Part shown: positions 8,530-16,234 of the stretch, piece after piece
Position numbering within the stretch: position 1 is the first letter of the stretch
Layout: each line of letters begins with the position of its first letter
Virus record (IMG/VR): IMGVR_UViG_3300045988_092691
Span: 1-35,214 of that record
DNA from: a virus
Reading direction: 5' to 3' (one strand)
DNA: 35,214 nt
Program-made: the position numbers and the translations under genes
The notes under the pieces: model-generated
Databases searched by the model: none
The model's input: the letters and a program-made list of their open reading frames with translations, nothing else
What the model was told of the DNA's origin: nothing

Positions 8530-9152
8530 TAATCATCACCATACCTTGCTTTCAACGCCTTAAGCATCTGTGCTGATTCTATCTCAGTTAGCGTCTCCCA
8601 CGTCTTACCGTTTCCGGCAACCCACGCATCTCCGTCAATACCGTGACTTATGCATATGTTCTTTATGGTCTTTATTTTCGCTTCTGAAGCCAATTTTTCA
8701 CCTGTTTCAGGTATGTTATTCTCCATATTGTTGTATTCTTCTTTAAGCCACAGATCAAATCCAAGACCAGTATGTATAGCAACACATTTCACAAATGCCC
8801 TGCACATACTATTCCAGACTCTTTGTTGACTCATAGAGTTATCTTTAACAGGGTTTGCTCCATTCATAACTGGAGTCTGCATCTCGTATTCCTTATCATC
8901 AATAACTACTCTAATTCTCGTCTCATAGCATCTGTTTGTATTATTATTTTTATCAGTAAATACGACATCAGACATTCTAAGGCTATTTCCAGTCTTTTCG
9001 TTTGGTATAGGTTCCCAATACACTTCGTTTGCGCCATTCTTATGAAGAAGATCAATACACATTGCCCAGTTAAGATAATCAAGTCCATCTCGTTTTTCAC
9101 AATATGGCTTAACATCGACCTTTCTCATCTCATCATAAGATTTCAAAGCCAT
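8529..9152 (-). CDS. Single-strand annealing protein, Sak/DUF1071 (Rad52-superfamily) type
   Basis: VDVKPYCEKRDGLDYLNWAMCIDLL...QRVWNSMCRAFVKCVAIHTGLGFDLWLKEE matches the DUF1071 pattern (YLsWA ... qRa.vKaiA.hGLGl.lY). Confidence 0.6.
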   Translation of the reverse strand: MALKSYDEMRKVDVKPYCEKRDGLDYLNWAMCIDLLHKNGANEVYWEPIPNEKTGNSLRMSDVVFTDKNNNTNRCYETRIRVVIDDKEYEMQTPVMNGANPVKDNSMSQQRVWNSMCRAFVKCVAIHTGLGFDLWLKEEYNNMENNIPETGEKLASEAKIKTIKNICISHGIDGDAWVAGNGKTWETLTEIESAQMLKALKARYGDD

Positions 9153-9320
9153 CTACAACATCCTCCTATAATTATCGTTCATACAATCCTCGCAAAGGTT
9201 CTCACCATCCACTGTATACAAGTAATCACCTTCATATAAGTCGCATCCACAGCAAGTGCATGTTGTAACTGGTTGAACCTCTGGAGGAGATGTTTTCCAT
9301 TCATCATATCCAGGTATCAT
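9153..9320 (-). CDS. Small zinc-ribbon protein (55 aa)
   Basis: AGGAGG, 7 nt, then ATG. Translates MIPGYDEWKTSPPEVQPVTTCTCCGCDLYEGDYLYTVDGENLCEDCMNDNYRRML. The stop abuts the next ATG. Confidence 0.55.
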   Translation of the reverse strand: MIPGYDEWKTSPPEVQPVTTCTCCGCDLYEGDYLYTVDGENLCEDCMNDNYRRML

Positions 9321-9472
9321 GCAATCGCCTCCTTGAGAATCATCTGACCATCATTTTCGGTTTCGATTAGCTTGTCCATTATTTCTTTGGAAGCTTTCTT
9401 ATCATTTATGCACTCGCATTTCTCTCCGGGGTCTAAATGGTCTCCACAGTATGGACAGATGTATCCATACAT
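9317..9472 (-). CDS. Small Cys-rich protein (51 aa)
   Basis: MYGYICPYCGDHLDPGEKCECINDKK.... ATGA overlap with the next ORF. AAGGAG lies 10 nt upstream. Overlaps the 3' end of 9433..9747 in another frame. Confidence 0.4.
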   Translation of the reverse strand: MYGYICPYCGDHLDPGEKCECINDKKASKEIMDKLIETENDGQMILKEAIA

Positions 9473-9747
9473 ACATCATCGACTCCTTTCAATTTCTCGC
9501 GAAGCTCATTGAGATGTGCCTTGCAAGCGTTATATCTGCGCTCGCTTATTTCTCCACGGATATCAAATTCGTATATACCGTCATAAGGATGTCCCGGTCT
9601 AAATCCATCGTCCATGATTTCAATTCTTAATTCGGTACCGTAATTCGATACACTCATATAAACATATGGATATCCATTCTCGCCTTGACCTTTCTCAATA
9701 ATGTCAAGTGCTATATTTAATAATTCGTGAATTGCTTTTCTTCCCAT
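9433..9747 (-). CDS. Hypothetical protein
   Basis: 104-aa ORF. Confidence 0.55.
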   Translation of the reverse strand: MGRKAIHELLNIALDIIEKGQGENGYPYVYMSVSNYGTELRIEIMDDGFRPGHPYDGIYEFDIRGEISERRYNACKAHLNELREKLKGVDDVCMDTSVHTVETI

Positions 9748-9783
9748 TGAAATCTCCTTTTTTTAATGTTACAATTTAATTGG

Positions 9784-10065
9784 TTAATTTTCTGAGTGCA
9801 TATCGGTCTCCAGCCGTGTGCGCTCATTTTCTTTTAGTTCCACATCCCGGATTCTGTATGTAATTTCTGATCCGTCATCTTCAAACGAACCATACACAGG
9901 ATATGAAATTGTTACTCTGCCATTGCAACTACAGATAGAATGTGCACCAATTTTTATTGTTTCTTTTCCACCTGTTCTCTTGTATTCGCAATGTTCTTTC
10001 ACATGCTTCATCGGAAGCCCTGTCTCTCTTGCAAGAATCTTTCGCATCGTTGACTTACCTAACAT
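9784..10065 (-). CDS. Hypothetical protein, paralog 2 of a tandem pair
   Basis: Start moved to ATG 10065 (GGAGGTGAGGAAG-ATG). MLGKSTMRKILARETGLPMKHVKEH...GAHS...YPVYGSFEDDGSEITYR aligns with the upstream gene. Confidence 0.55.
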   Translation of the reverse strand: MLGKSTMRKILARETGLPMKHVKEHCEYKRTGGKETIKIGAHSICSCNGRVTISYPVYGSFEDDGSEITYRIRDVELKENERTRLETDMHSEN

Positions 10066-10306
10066 CTTCCTCACCTCCCCGGATAATTCTGCTGCGGTAA
10101 GTAATCTCTTTGTCATCCACAAAACTTCCATATATCGGCTCCAGAATTTCTACAGTCCCTTCATAAGCGACCAATGTATGCGCACCAAGATGCAGGCGTT
10201 CTTTGTTTCCGAAGCATTCATACTTGCCATATATCCGTATATGCTCCTTTGGAAGTCCTGTCTCCTGTGCGAAGATCGTTACCATCTTTCTTTTACCTAA
10301 TTTCAT
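10055..10306 (-). CDS. Hypothetical protein, paralog 1 of a tandem pair
   Basis: Start moved to ATG 10306 (AGGAGG, 8 nt). MKLGKRKMVTIFAQETGLPKEHIRIY...GAHT...EPIYGSFVDDKEITYR. Confidence 0.55.
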   Translation of the reverse strand: MKLGKRKMVTIFAQETGLPKEHIRIYGKYECFGNKERLHLGAHTLVAYEGTVEILEPIYGSFVDDKEITYRSRIIRGGEEDVR

Positions 10307-10442
10307 ATCATTCACCTCCTACCACAACGGGCCCGCCATCCTGCAATAAATCAGTAACATTATGATCATTACTGTAGCGAACAAAACTCCGAAAACAAAT
10401 CCTTCGGCAAGCTCCTTTAATGTCCCAATGATCTTGTGCTTC

Positions 10443-10685
10443 CTAAGCTTTTTCTTTATTGTCATTGTCATAACAAACTCTCCTCTCCAACTCTTCTACC
10501 GTAATACCCAGCCAGTCTGCGAGGTCTCTCTTTTTAATTTCGTAAGAACTCTGCACATTACCAGATTGCTTTGCAGTAACTACACTCCCAAAAGTCCATA
10601 TGCCGCGTTTGATTCGCTCCCTGACCATCTGTGGACCACATCCGATTACTCGTGCGGCTTGTGATGCACTAAGTATTTCTCTCAA
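10443..10685 (-). CDS. HTH DNA-binding protein (MerR/excisionase-like)
   Basis: ILSASQAARVIGCGPQMVRERIKRG is an Xis/MerR-type HTH. 80 aa, early in the lytic operon. Confidence 0.5.
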   Translation of the reverse strand: MREILSASQAARVIGCGPQMVRERIKRGIWTFGSVVTAKQSGNVQSSYEIKKRDLADWLGITVEELERRVCYDNDNKEKA

Positions 10686-10802
10686 ACTCTCACCTCCTAC
10701 TCATCTGTCCCATATCTGGGACACATATTTCGTTCGTTACATTTACCAGTTGATTTCCATATTGGAAAATGCTATAGTAATTTTATCGAACATTTGTTTG
10801 TT

Positions 10803-11009
10803 TTAAGTTCGTTCAAACAGATATTCCATATCGTATTTCGGGAAAAACACCTTATGGATTTTACATGCATCTTCATAGTAAAATCCTTTTTTTGTTTCTC
10901 CATTTGCAATATCGCTTACAGTCTGATATCTGCTATAGCCAAGAAGTTCGCCAATCTGATTAAATGTAACTTTTTCATCTTTCATAACATTTAAAAGATT
11001 TGCATACAT
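10803..11009 (-). CDS. Cro-like / XRE-family small HTH regulator
   Basis: 68 aa. TFNQIGELLGYSRYQTVSDIANG is HTH-like. First gene of the lytic transcript, divergent from the repressor. Confidence 0.6.
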   Translation of the reverse strand: MYANLLNVMKDEKVTFNQIGELLGYSRYQTVSDIANGETKKGFYYEDACKIHKVFFPKYDMEYLFERT

Positions 11010-11027
11010 ATTTTTTCACCTCCTAAC

Positions 11028-11047
11028 AAATTCGTTATTCCGAATTT
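11028..11047. promoter_or_regulatory. Operator-like palindrome AAATTCG-N6-CGAATTT
   Basis: Perfect 7-bp inverted arms. Lies between the -10 of the leftward promoter and the cro-like start. Confidence 0.45.
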
Positions 11048-11056
11048 CTTGATTGA

Positions 11057-11085
11057 ATTATATTCTTATTTCAGTATTTTGTCAA
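11057..11085 (-). promoter_or_regulatory. Leftward (lytic) sigma-70-type promoter TTGACA-N17-TATAAT
   Basis: On the minus strand, TTGACA is at 11085..11080 and TATAAT at 11062..11057. Both hexamers are consensus and the spacer is 17 nt. Confidence 0.7.
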
Positions 11086-11110
11086 CGATTAATATTCTGA
11101 TTTTCGTATT

Positions 11111-11128
11111 TATTCGGTTTTACGAATA
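11111..11128. promoter_or_regulatory. Operator-like palindrome TATTCG-N6-CGAATA
   Basis: Same ATTCG-N6-CGAAT architecture as 11028-11047. Located between the two divergent -35 boxes. Confidence 0.4.
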
Positions 11129-11135
11129 TTTTGTG

Positions 11136-11164
11136 TTTACAAAATTTTATTTTTCGTATATAAT
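11136..11164 (+). promoter_or_regulatory. Rightward (repressor/lysogeny) promoter TTTACA-N17-TATAAT
   Basis: TTTACA at 11136-11141, a 17-nt spacer, TATAAT at 11159-11164. About 30 nt upstream of ATG 11195. Confidence 0.6.
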
Positions 11165-11194
11165 TAATGCATATAATAAGAGAGGTGAAAGCAT

Positions 11195-11518
11195 ATGGAA
11201 AAGGCAAAAATACTTGAACAACTTATAAAAGATCAAGGTTATAGTTTGAAAGCGTTTGCTGCAAAATGCGGAATTCCGTACACAACGCTTTATGGAATTA
11301 TGAAAAATGGTGTAGGGAGAGCAAGTGTTGATAATGTCATCCAGATATGCAAACATCTCGGAATTAAGGTAGAAGATCTCGAAGCGATGGCGAATGGTAA
11401 AAAAGAAATACCAAAAACTTCCTACGACGATGTGGAACAACTTATCGCCAGAAACGGCAAAGAATATACTACAGAGCAGAAAATGAAGTTAATCAAACTT
11501 TTGTCCGAAATAGATTAG
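11195..11518 (+). CDS. XRE-family (CI-like) repressor
   Basis: YSLKAFAAKCGIPYTTLYGIMKNG is an HTH_XRE signature. Followed directly by an ImmA-type protease. Confidence 0.75.
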   Translation: MEKAKILEQLIKDQGYSLKAFAAKCGIPYTTLYGIMKNGVGRASVDNVIQICKHLGIKVEDLEAMANGKKEIPKTSYDDVEQLIARNGKEYTTEQKMKLIKLLSEID

Positions 11519-11534
11519 TAAAGGGCTGATTTAT

Positions 11535-12257
11535 TTGGATAACAACTTAATATTAAAAGCCACTATACAAGTTTTTTGTGAGTGCAAGATACAATCATTT
11601 CCAATAGACTGTGTAAAAATTTTAAAACACTACGGATATCGTATCTTTACATACAATGAATTGAAGGGAAAGAATACAGAACTCTATGAAATGTGCCTAG
11701 CATATTCCGAAGATGCTTTTCGCGAAGGAGCAACTAGGATCGTTGCTTATAATGATGAAAAGCCTACTGGTCGAATCCGCTTTTCTCTTATGCATGAACT
11801 TGGTCATCATATTCTTAAACACAATGGCAATTCAAATAATAATGAAAAAGAAGCCAATGCATTCGCAAGTTTTATTCTTGCGCCACGTATGGCAATCCAT
11901 TATGCGAAATGCAAAAATGCAAATGATGTATCGCATATATTCGAAATGTCTCATGAAGCTGCCAAGAATGCCTTTGATGATTATCTCCGATGGCACCGAC
12001 GCATAGTTACGTATAAGATGTCCCAATATGACAAAGCAATGTATTCCCATTTCTATAATGCAGAACATGAATGTTTCGTATGGAGTATAAAAAGATGTGA
12101 CTTCTGTGGGAAGATATTATATAACTCTATTGATGGCAGGTGTCGCTGTTGCACTCTTCCATCTCCTGATAAGAGCTATGAGTACGAAGACTTTTTGTGG
12201 AATAATAATGTTGAACGTTTACATTCTGCACACTTGAAGTGGCTATATGATTTTTAA
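11535..12257 (+). CDS. immA: ImmA/IrrE-family zinc metalloprotease (anti-repressor protease) with a C-terminal Cys cluster
   Basis: HELGHHILKH (HEXXH). Partnered with an upstream XRE repressor. C-terminal CDFCGK...CRCC. TTG start. Confidence 0.7.
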   Translation: MDNNLILKATIQVFCECKIQSFPIDCVKILKHYGYRIFTYNELKGKNTELYEMCLAYSEDAFREGATRIVAYNDEKPTGRIRFSLMHELGHHILKHNGNSNNNEKEANAFASFILAPRMAIHYAKCKNANDVSHIFEMSHEAAKNAFDDYLRWHRRIVTYKMSQYDKAMYSHFYNAEHECFVWSIKRCDFCGKILYNSIDGRCRCCTLPSPDKSYEYEDFLWNNNVERLHSAHLKWLYDF

Positions 12258-12323
12258 TTATTATTAGTTCTAACTAATAATATAGATTTCTCAGTGTAAG
12301 GTATGAAGGAAAGAGAGGAACTT

Positions 12324-13163
12324 ATGAAAAAGAAAATCATAGCTATCTTATTGACAGCTACAATGGTACTGTCCATGACAGCATGCGGAGGAGGTGACAA
12401 CGGCAATTCCAGTGAAAAATCATCAGAACCAGAGAAAAAAGAATATATTGAAGATAGTGAAATTGTTGACATGTTTGCGAATCCAGCTGACTACAAAGGC
12501 AAATACGTTAAATTAACCGGAAAAATATTCAATAAGCCTGAAAATGACGGTGAAAATATCGCGTATCAAGCATGGCATGACATCTCTGCAGCAGATAAAG
12601 ATTTCTTGTTTTATTTAAAGGATGATGATTCTTTCTCAATGGACGATTATGTCGAGGTTGACGGAAAAATCACAGGTACATTCAAGGGAGAAAATGCGTT
12701 TGGAACTGAATTAACTTGTCCTGAAATTGAAGCTATTAGCGTAGAAAAATTATCATACATTGACGCTGTAGTTCCAACTATCAACGAAATCACACCAGAA
12801 AATGCCGTTTCAGAGCAAAATGGCATTTCATTAAAAGTTGATAAAGTAGAATTTGCCGAAAAGGAAACTCGTGTTTATTTAACAGAATCCAATAGTTCCG
12901 CCGATAAATTCAGCATGTATGTATATAGCATAAAGATAGTGCAAAATGGACAGCAGATTGAACAAGATTTTAGCTCTTCATCTTCTTATGAAGGCGGTTA
13001 TGCAGAATTATCTTCTGATATCCTGCCCAATGTCTCCTCATCTGGAGTTTTAGTATTTCCTGCCTTAGATAGCTCTGCTGGATTCCAGATTTATGCTGAG
13101 GGCTCTAGCGATAACTGGGAAATAGAATTTGCTCCTTTTACGATTGATATTGCAGTACAGTAA
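12324..13163 (+). CDS. Secreted lipoprotein (moron; superinfection-exclusion candidate)
   Basis: Start moved to ATG 12324. MKKKIIAILLTATMVLSMTAC has a signal peptide and a lipobox Cys, followed by a GGGDNGNSSEKSSE linker. Confidence 0.7.
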   Translation: MKKKIIAILLTATMVLSMTACGGGDNGNSSEKSSEPEKKEYIEDSEIVDMFANPADYKGKYVKLTGKIFNKPENDGENIAYQAWHDISAADKDFLFYLKDDDSFSMDDYVEVDGKITGTFKGENAFGTELTCPEIEAISVEKLSYIDAVVPTINEITPENAVSEQNGISLKVDKVEFAEKETRVYLTESNSSADKFSMYVYSIKIVQNGQQIEQDFSSSSSYEGGYAELSSDILPNVSSSGVLVFPALDSSAGFQIYAEGSSDNWEIEFAPFTIDIAVQ

Positions 13164-13176
13164 TGTATAACAAATA

Positions 13177-13200
13177 TTCCCGGTACTTCGGTACCGGGAA
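13177..13200. terminator. Perfect 10-bp hairpin ttcccggtac-ttcg-gtaccgggaa after the lipoprotein gene
   Basis: Read directly. TTCG tetraloop. The T-rich tract is on the minus-strand side only (tatttgtt). Confidence 0.5.
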
Positions 13201-13388
13201 ACAACTAAATAATATATTTACTCAGGCACCCGGGAAGGACAGCTGATAGTTTCCGTAGCGTTACTAATTGTTGCAATACTGACTTACACACATAGAAAAT
13301 AGCCATCCTGCTCCCTGACAAAGATTAGGACGATTATTTATAGTTACAATGTCAAGAACCGTCCCCAGAGGCAACAGAGACGGAAAAA

Positions 13389-13412
13389 CACCCGGTGCTT
13401 CGGTACCGGGTG
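13389..13412 (-). terminator. Near-identical second hairpin cacccggtgc-ttcg-gtaccgggtg, with the T5 run on the minus strand
   Basis: 10-bp stem (one G-T pair). Preceded on the plus strand by AAAAA, so it looks like an intrinsic terminator for a minus-strand transcript. Confidence 0.45.
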
Positions 13413-13486
13413 ACAATTAACGATATAACCGCTTCAGCGATTATAAAAGCTGCCTTTTCAAAAAAACACGAAAGAAGGTGATAATA

Positions 13487-14329
13487 ATGCCAAAAGAATA
13501 TACAAAAGAAGATGTAATTCAGAACAAGAAAGACGCCATAAAAACGTTGAACAAGATGCTTGAGCGCTTTATAAATGATCCCAGCGAAAAACATTTGAAG
13601 AAAGCAAATCTAATTTCGTATTGGATTAAAGATTATGTTCGAATGATAAGTTTTGAAGAGAAGTTCGATCCAACAAAAAACATAGCCTATAAAAGAGGAA
13701 ATATAGTAAAGCTAAATTTTGGATTCAATATAGGAAGTGAGTACGGAGGTCTTCACTATGGTATTGTGCTTGATAATAAAAACGACCATAGTTCTCCAGT
13801 TGTTACTGTGATACCACTTACATCAGTCAAAGCTGACAAAAAAATACATGAAAATAGTGTTGAACTTGGAAATGAGTTGTATAAATCATTAAAATTAAAA
13901 TATGACACTACATCAAAGGCTTTGAAAGATGAACAGAACGAAATTCGTGAAGCCATTGCAGCTTTTTCAACATTAGTAGATTTAGCTGGGGAGTCTCTTA
14001 AAAATTACGAACATAAAGAAACTTTAGAAGCAAAAGAAAAAGAACTTGCGAATGCCGAAAAATATTTATCAGCAACAGAGAAAATCGAAAAGCTATGGAA
14101 GGAAAAGGAAAAACATAATCTTGAACAACAAGAATATCTTTCAAAAATAGGTGAGGAAATCTCTTGCATGAAAGAAGGTAGTATCGCACTTGTAAATCAA
14201 ATTACGACTATCAGTAAAATACGAATATTTGACCCTCGCAATTTAAAAGGTGTTCTTTCTGGAATATCCCTTTCAGAAGAGAGTATGGAAAAAATCAATC
14301 AAAAAATGAAAGATTTGTACATTTTTTAG
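13487..14329 (+). CDS. Atypical MazF/PemK-fold protein with an N-terminal extension and a long coiled-coil insertion
   Basis: Start moved to ATG 13487 (GAAGGTGA, 5 nt). KRGNIVKLNFGFNIGSEYGGLHYGIVLDNKNDHSSPVVTVIPLTSV and GSIALVNQITTISKIRIFD align with EndoA/MazF [30 protein letters not shown]...AAITAQ and DSVILLEQIRTIDKQRL. Confidence 0.6.
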   Translation: MPKEYTKEDVIQNKKDAIKTLNKMLERFINDPSEKHLKKANLISYWIKDYVRMISFEEKFDPTKNIAYKRGNIVKLNFGFNIGSEYGGLHYGIVLDNKNDHSSPVVTVIPLTSVKADKKIHENSVELGNELYKSLKLKYDTTSKALKDEQNEIREAIAAFSTLVDLAGESLKNYEHKETLEAKEKELANAEKYLSATEKIEKLWKEKEKHNLEQQEYLSKIGEEISCMKEGSIALVNQITTISKIRIFDPRNLKGVLSGISLSEESMEKINQKMKDLYIF

Positions 14330-14485
14330 GTGTTTGTTTTGATTATTCTGAAAAAACGGTTCGATTTTCCGTAATAAACTGATTGACTACGAGCATAATA
14401 TAATCTATAATAAACTAACAGAAGAGATTATTTCTTTTCTAACATCGCCTTAAGGGCATCAAAGAAGATATTAGTTTATTATGTG

Positions 14486-14514
14486 AAGACCTCGTAGTAA
14501 TACGAGGTCTTTTA
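14486..14514 (+). terminator. Rho-independent terminator
   Basis: aagacctcgta-gtaa-tacgaggtctt forms an 11-bp stem that runs into a T tract. Confidence 0.7.
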
Positions 14515-14676
14515 CGTTACACAATTAAAATGCGCCCTTACCGGATACCAGCAAGGACGACTTTACTATACGGTGCCTAGGACACAATATAGCTTCCGAA
14601 CAAAGTTATTATATCACAATCCTTTGGCACCTGTACAGGTGTATTTTTTATACCCATTTTTAAGGAGGATACTGAT

Positions 14677-15819
14677 ATGGCAAGAAGAAAGAAATACCCA
14701 AAGCTCCCAAATGGATACGGCTCCATCAAGCGGCTTTCTGGGAAGAACAGGACGAATCCTTTTGGGGTTTACCCTCCAGTGAAAGAATTTGATGAAAATG
14801 GAAAACCGGTACAGCAAAAAGCAATCTGCTATGTAGACGACTGGTATAAAGGGTTTACAGTTCTTACATGGTATAAGAACGGTGAATATTACGAAGGACG
14901 AGAAAAAGAACTATCATCAGATTCCGAAGAGCTGAAGAAGCAGATCATTGGAATTCTTTCAAAATATAATCAGAGCCAGCGCGAGGTGGCTGATCAGAAG
15001 ACGTTTGCTGACGTATTCAAAGAATTTTATCTCTGGAAATATAAGGAAGAATACGCAGAAGAGCGTAAGAAACGAAAAGCTTCTGAGACAAGCAGTCGAA
15101 CTGCGTATAAGAATTGTTCTTCTATTCACAATGTGCCGTTTCGATCTCTTACAACCGCAGACTTGCAAAAAGTGATAGACGATTGTCCGTTGCGTCACGC
15201 ATCATTGGAACTAATCGTATCGCTTTTCAAGCAAATGTACGCTTATGCGGATGCAAATGATCTGTGCGATAAAAAGTATTCCGATTACGTTACGATCGGA
15301 ATTGCTGACGATGATGAACATGGAGTCCCGTTCTCAGACAATGAGTTAAAGATATTATGGAATAACAAAGAAAATGATATCGTAGAATTCCTTCTAATCA
15401 TGTGCTATAGCGGATTCAGAATATCCGAATACATTGATATGGAAATAAATCTAAAACAAAAGTATTTTAAGGGTGGAATTAAAACGGACGCTGGAAAGAA
15501 CCGAATAGTACCAATACATAGCGCAATATTTCCGCTTGTAACTGCGAGACTTAAAAGGCAGCACTCTATGTTGACAGTAACACCCACCACATTCCGCAAA
15601 TTCATGTATCCTGCACTAGAAGAAATCGGAGTATCCAAACATACTCCTCACGATTGCAGGCATACATTTAATACTATGTGTGATAGATACGGTGTAGAAG
15701 AACGCGACAAGAAGCTGATGCTTGGTCACGCGTTCCAAGATGTCACAAATAAAGTGTACCTTCATCGGAACATAGATGACTTACGAGAGCAGATTGAAAA
15801 GATCCAGATTTGTCACTAA
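14677..15819 (+). CDS. int: Phage integrase (tyrosine recombinase)
   Basis: 380 aa. GFRISEY (Arg), HDCRHTF (H-x-x-R), LGH, VYLH (Tyr). Last gene of the lysogeny block. Confidence 0.85.
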   Translation: MARRKKYPKLPNGYGSIKRLSGKNRTNPFGVYPPVKEFDENGKPVQQKAICYVDDWYKGFTVLTWYKNGEYYEGREKELSSDSEELKKQIIGILSKYNQSQREVADQKTFADVFKEFYLWKYKEEYAEERKKRKASETSSRTAYKNCSSIHNVPFRSLTTADLQKVIDDCPLRHASLELIVSLFKQMYAYADANDLCDKKYSDYVTIGIADDDEHGVPFSDNELKILWNNKENDIVEFLLIMCYSGFRISEYIDMEINLKQKYFKGGIKTDAGKNRIVPIHSAIFPLVTARLKRQHSMLTVTPTTFRKFMYPALEEIGVSKHTPHDCRHTFNTMCDRYGVEERDKKLMLGHAFQDVTNKVYLHRNIDDLREQIEKIQICH

Positions 15820-15831
15820 CGTGTCGCTAAC
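15809..15831 (+). repeat. Direct repeat copy 1, tttGTCACTAACgtGTCGCTAAC (overlaps the int stop codon)
   Basis: Matches 16006-16028 at 22 of 23 positions. Each copy holds two GTCRCTAAC 9-mers 11 bp apart. Confidence 0.8.
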
Positions 15832-16005
15832 GATTTATATTTATCCGTGTTTTTCGATTTTCATTCATTCTTATCTAAATCTCTGAACCCCTTGAAAACA
15901 AAAGGGATTCTCTGATAATCTACTATTATGGGGAAACTATAATTATTGTATTTTCTTAAGATTTTCCTATACCTTTTTAACGAAAACACGCCATTTTTCG
16001 TTGGT

Positions 16006-16028
16006 TTTGTCACTAACGTGTCACTAAC
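16006..16028 (+). repeat. Direct repeat copy 2, tttGTCACTAACgtGTCACTAAC
   Basis: See 15809-15831. The copies are 197 bp apart in the int-endolysin intergenic region (candidate attP arm sites). Confidence 0.8.
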
Positions 16029-16234
16029 CGTTCATATTAATATGCGATAATTCAGCATGAAAAAAGAACTATTTTAATCTCTTGTCTGTCGAAATATGAC
16101 GATTGAAAATCGTTGTACGGACATACATAATGGGTATAAAATAACAACATGGGATTAAACTTCTGACCGCCACATTCCCTGGTCTGGGATGCGTGACGGT
16201 CGTTTTCTTATGTTCTGAAAATATAGGATTAGGA

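Noticed and set aside
10316-10442. Hydrophobic reading frame (..IIGTLKELAEGFVFGVLFATVMIIMLLIYCRMAGPLW) on the minus strand between two early genes
   Set aside because: It looks like a small membrane peptide, but no ATG, GTG or TTG start with an RBS could be found at its 5' end. Not called.
12254-13594. Minus-strand ORFs 12254..12472 and 13352..13594
   Set aside because: Antisense to the starts of the lipoprotein and MazF-like genes. Low-complexity hydrophobic translations and no RBS. Only the terminator-like hairpin near 13400 is kept as an observation.
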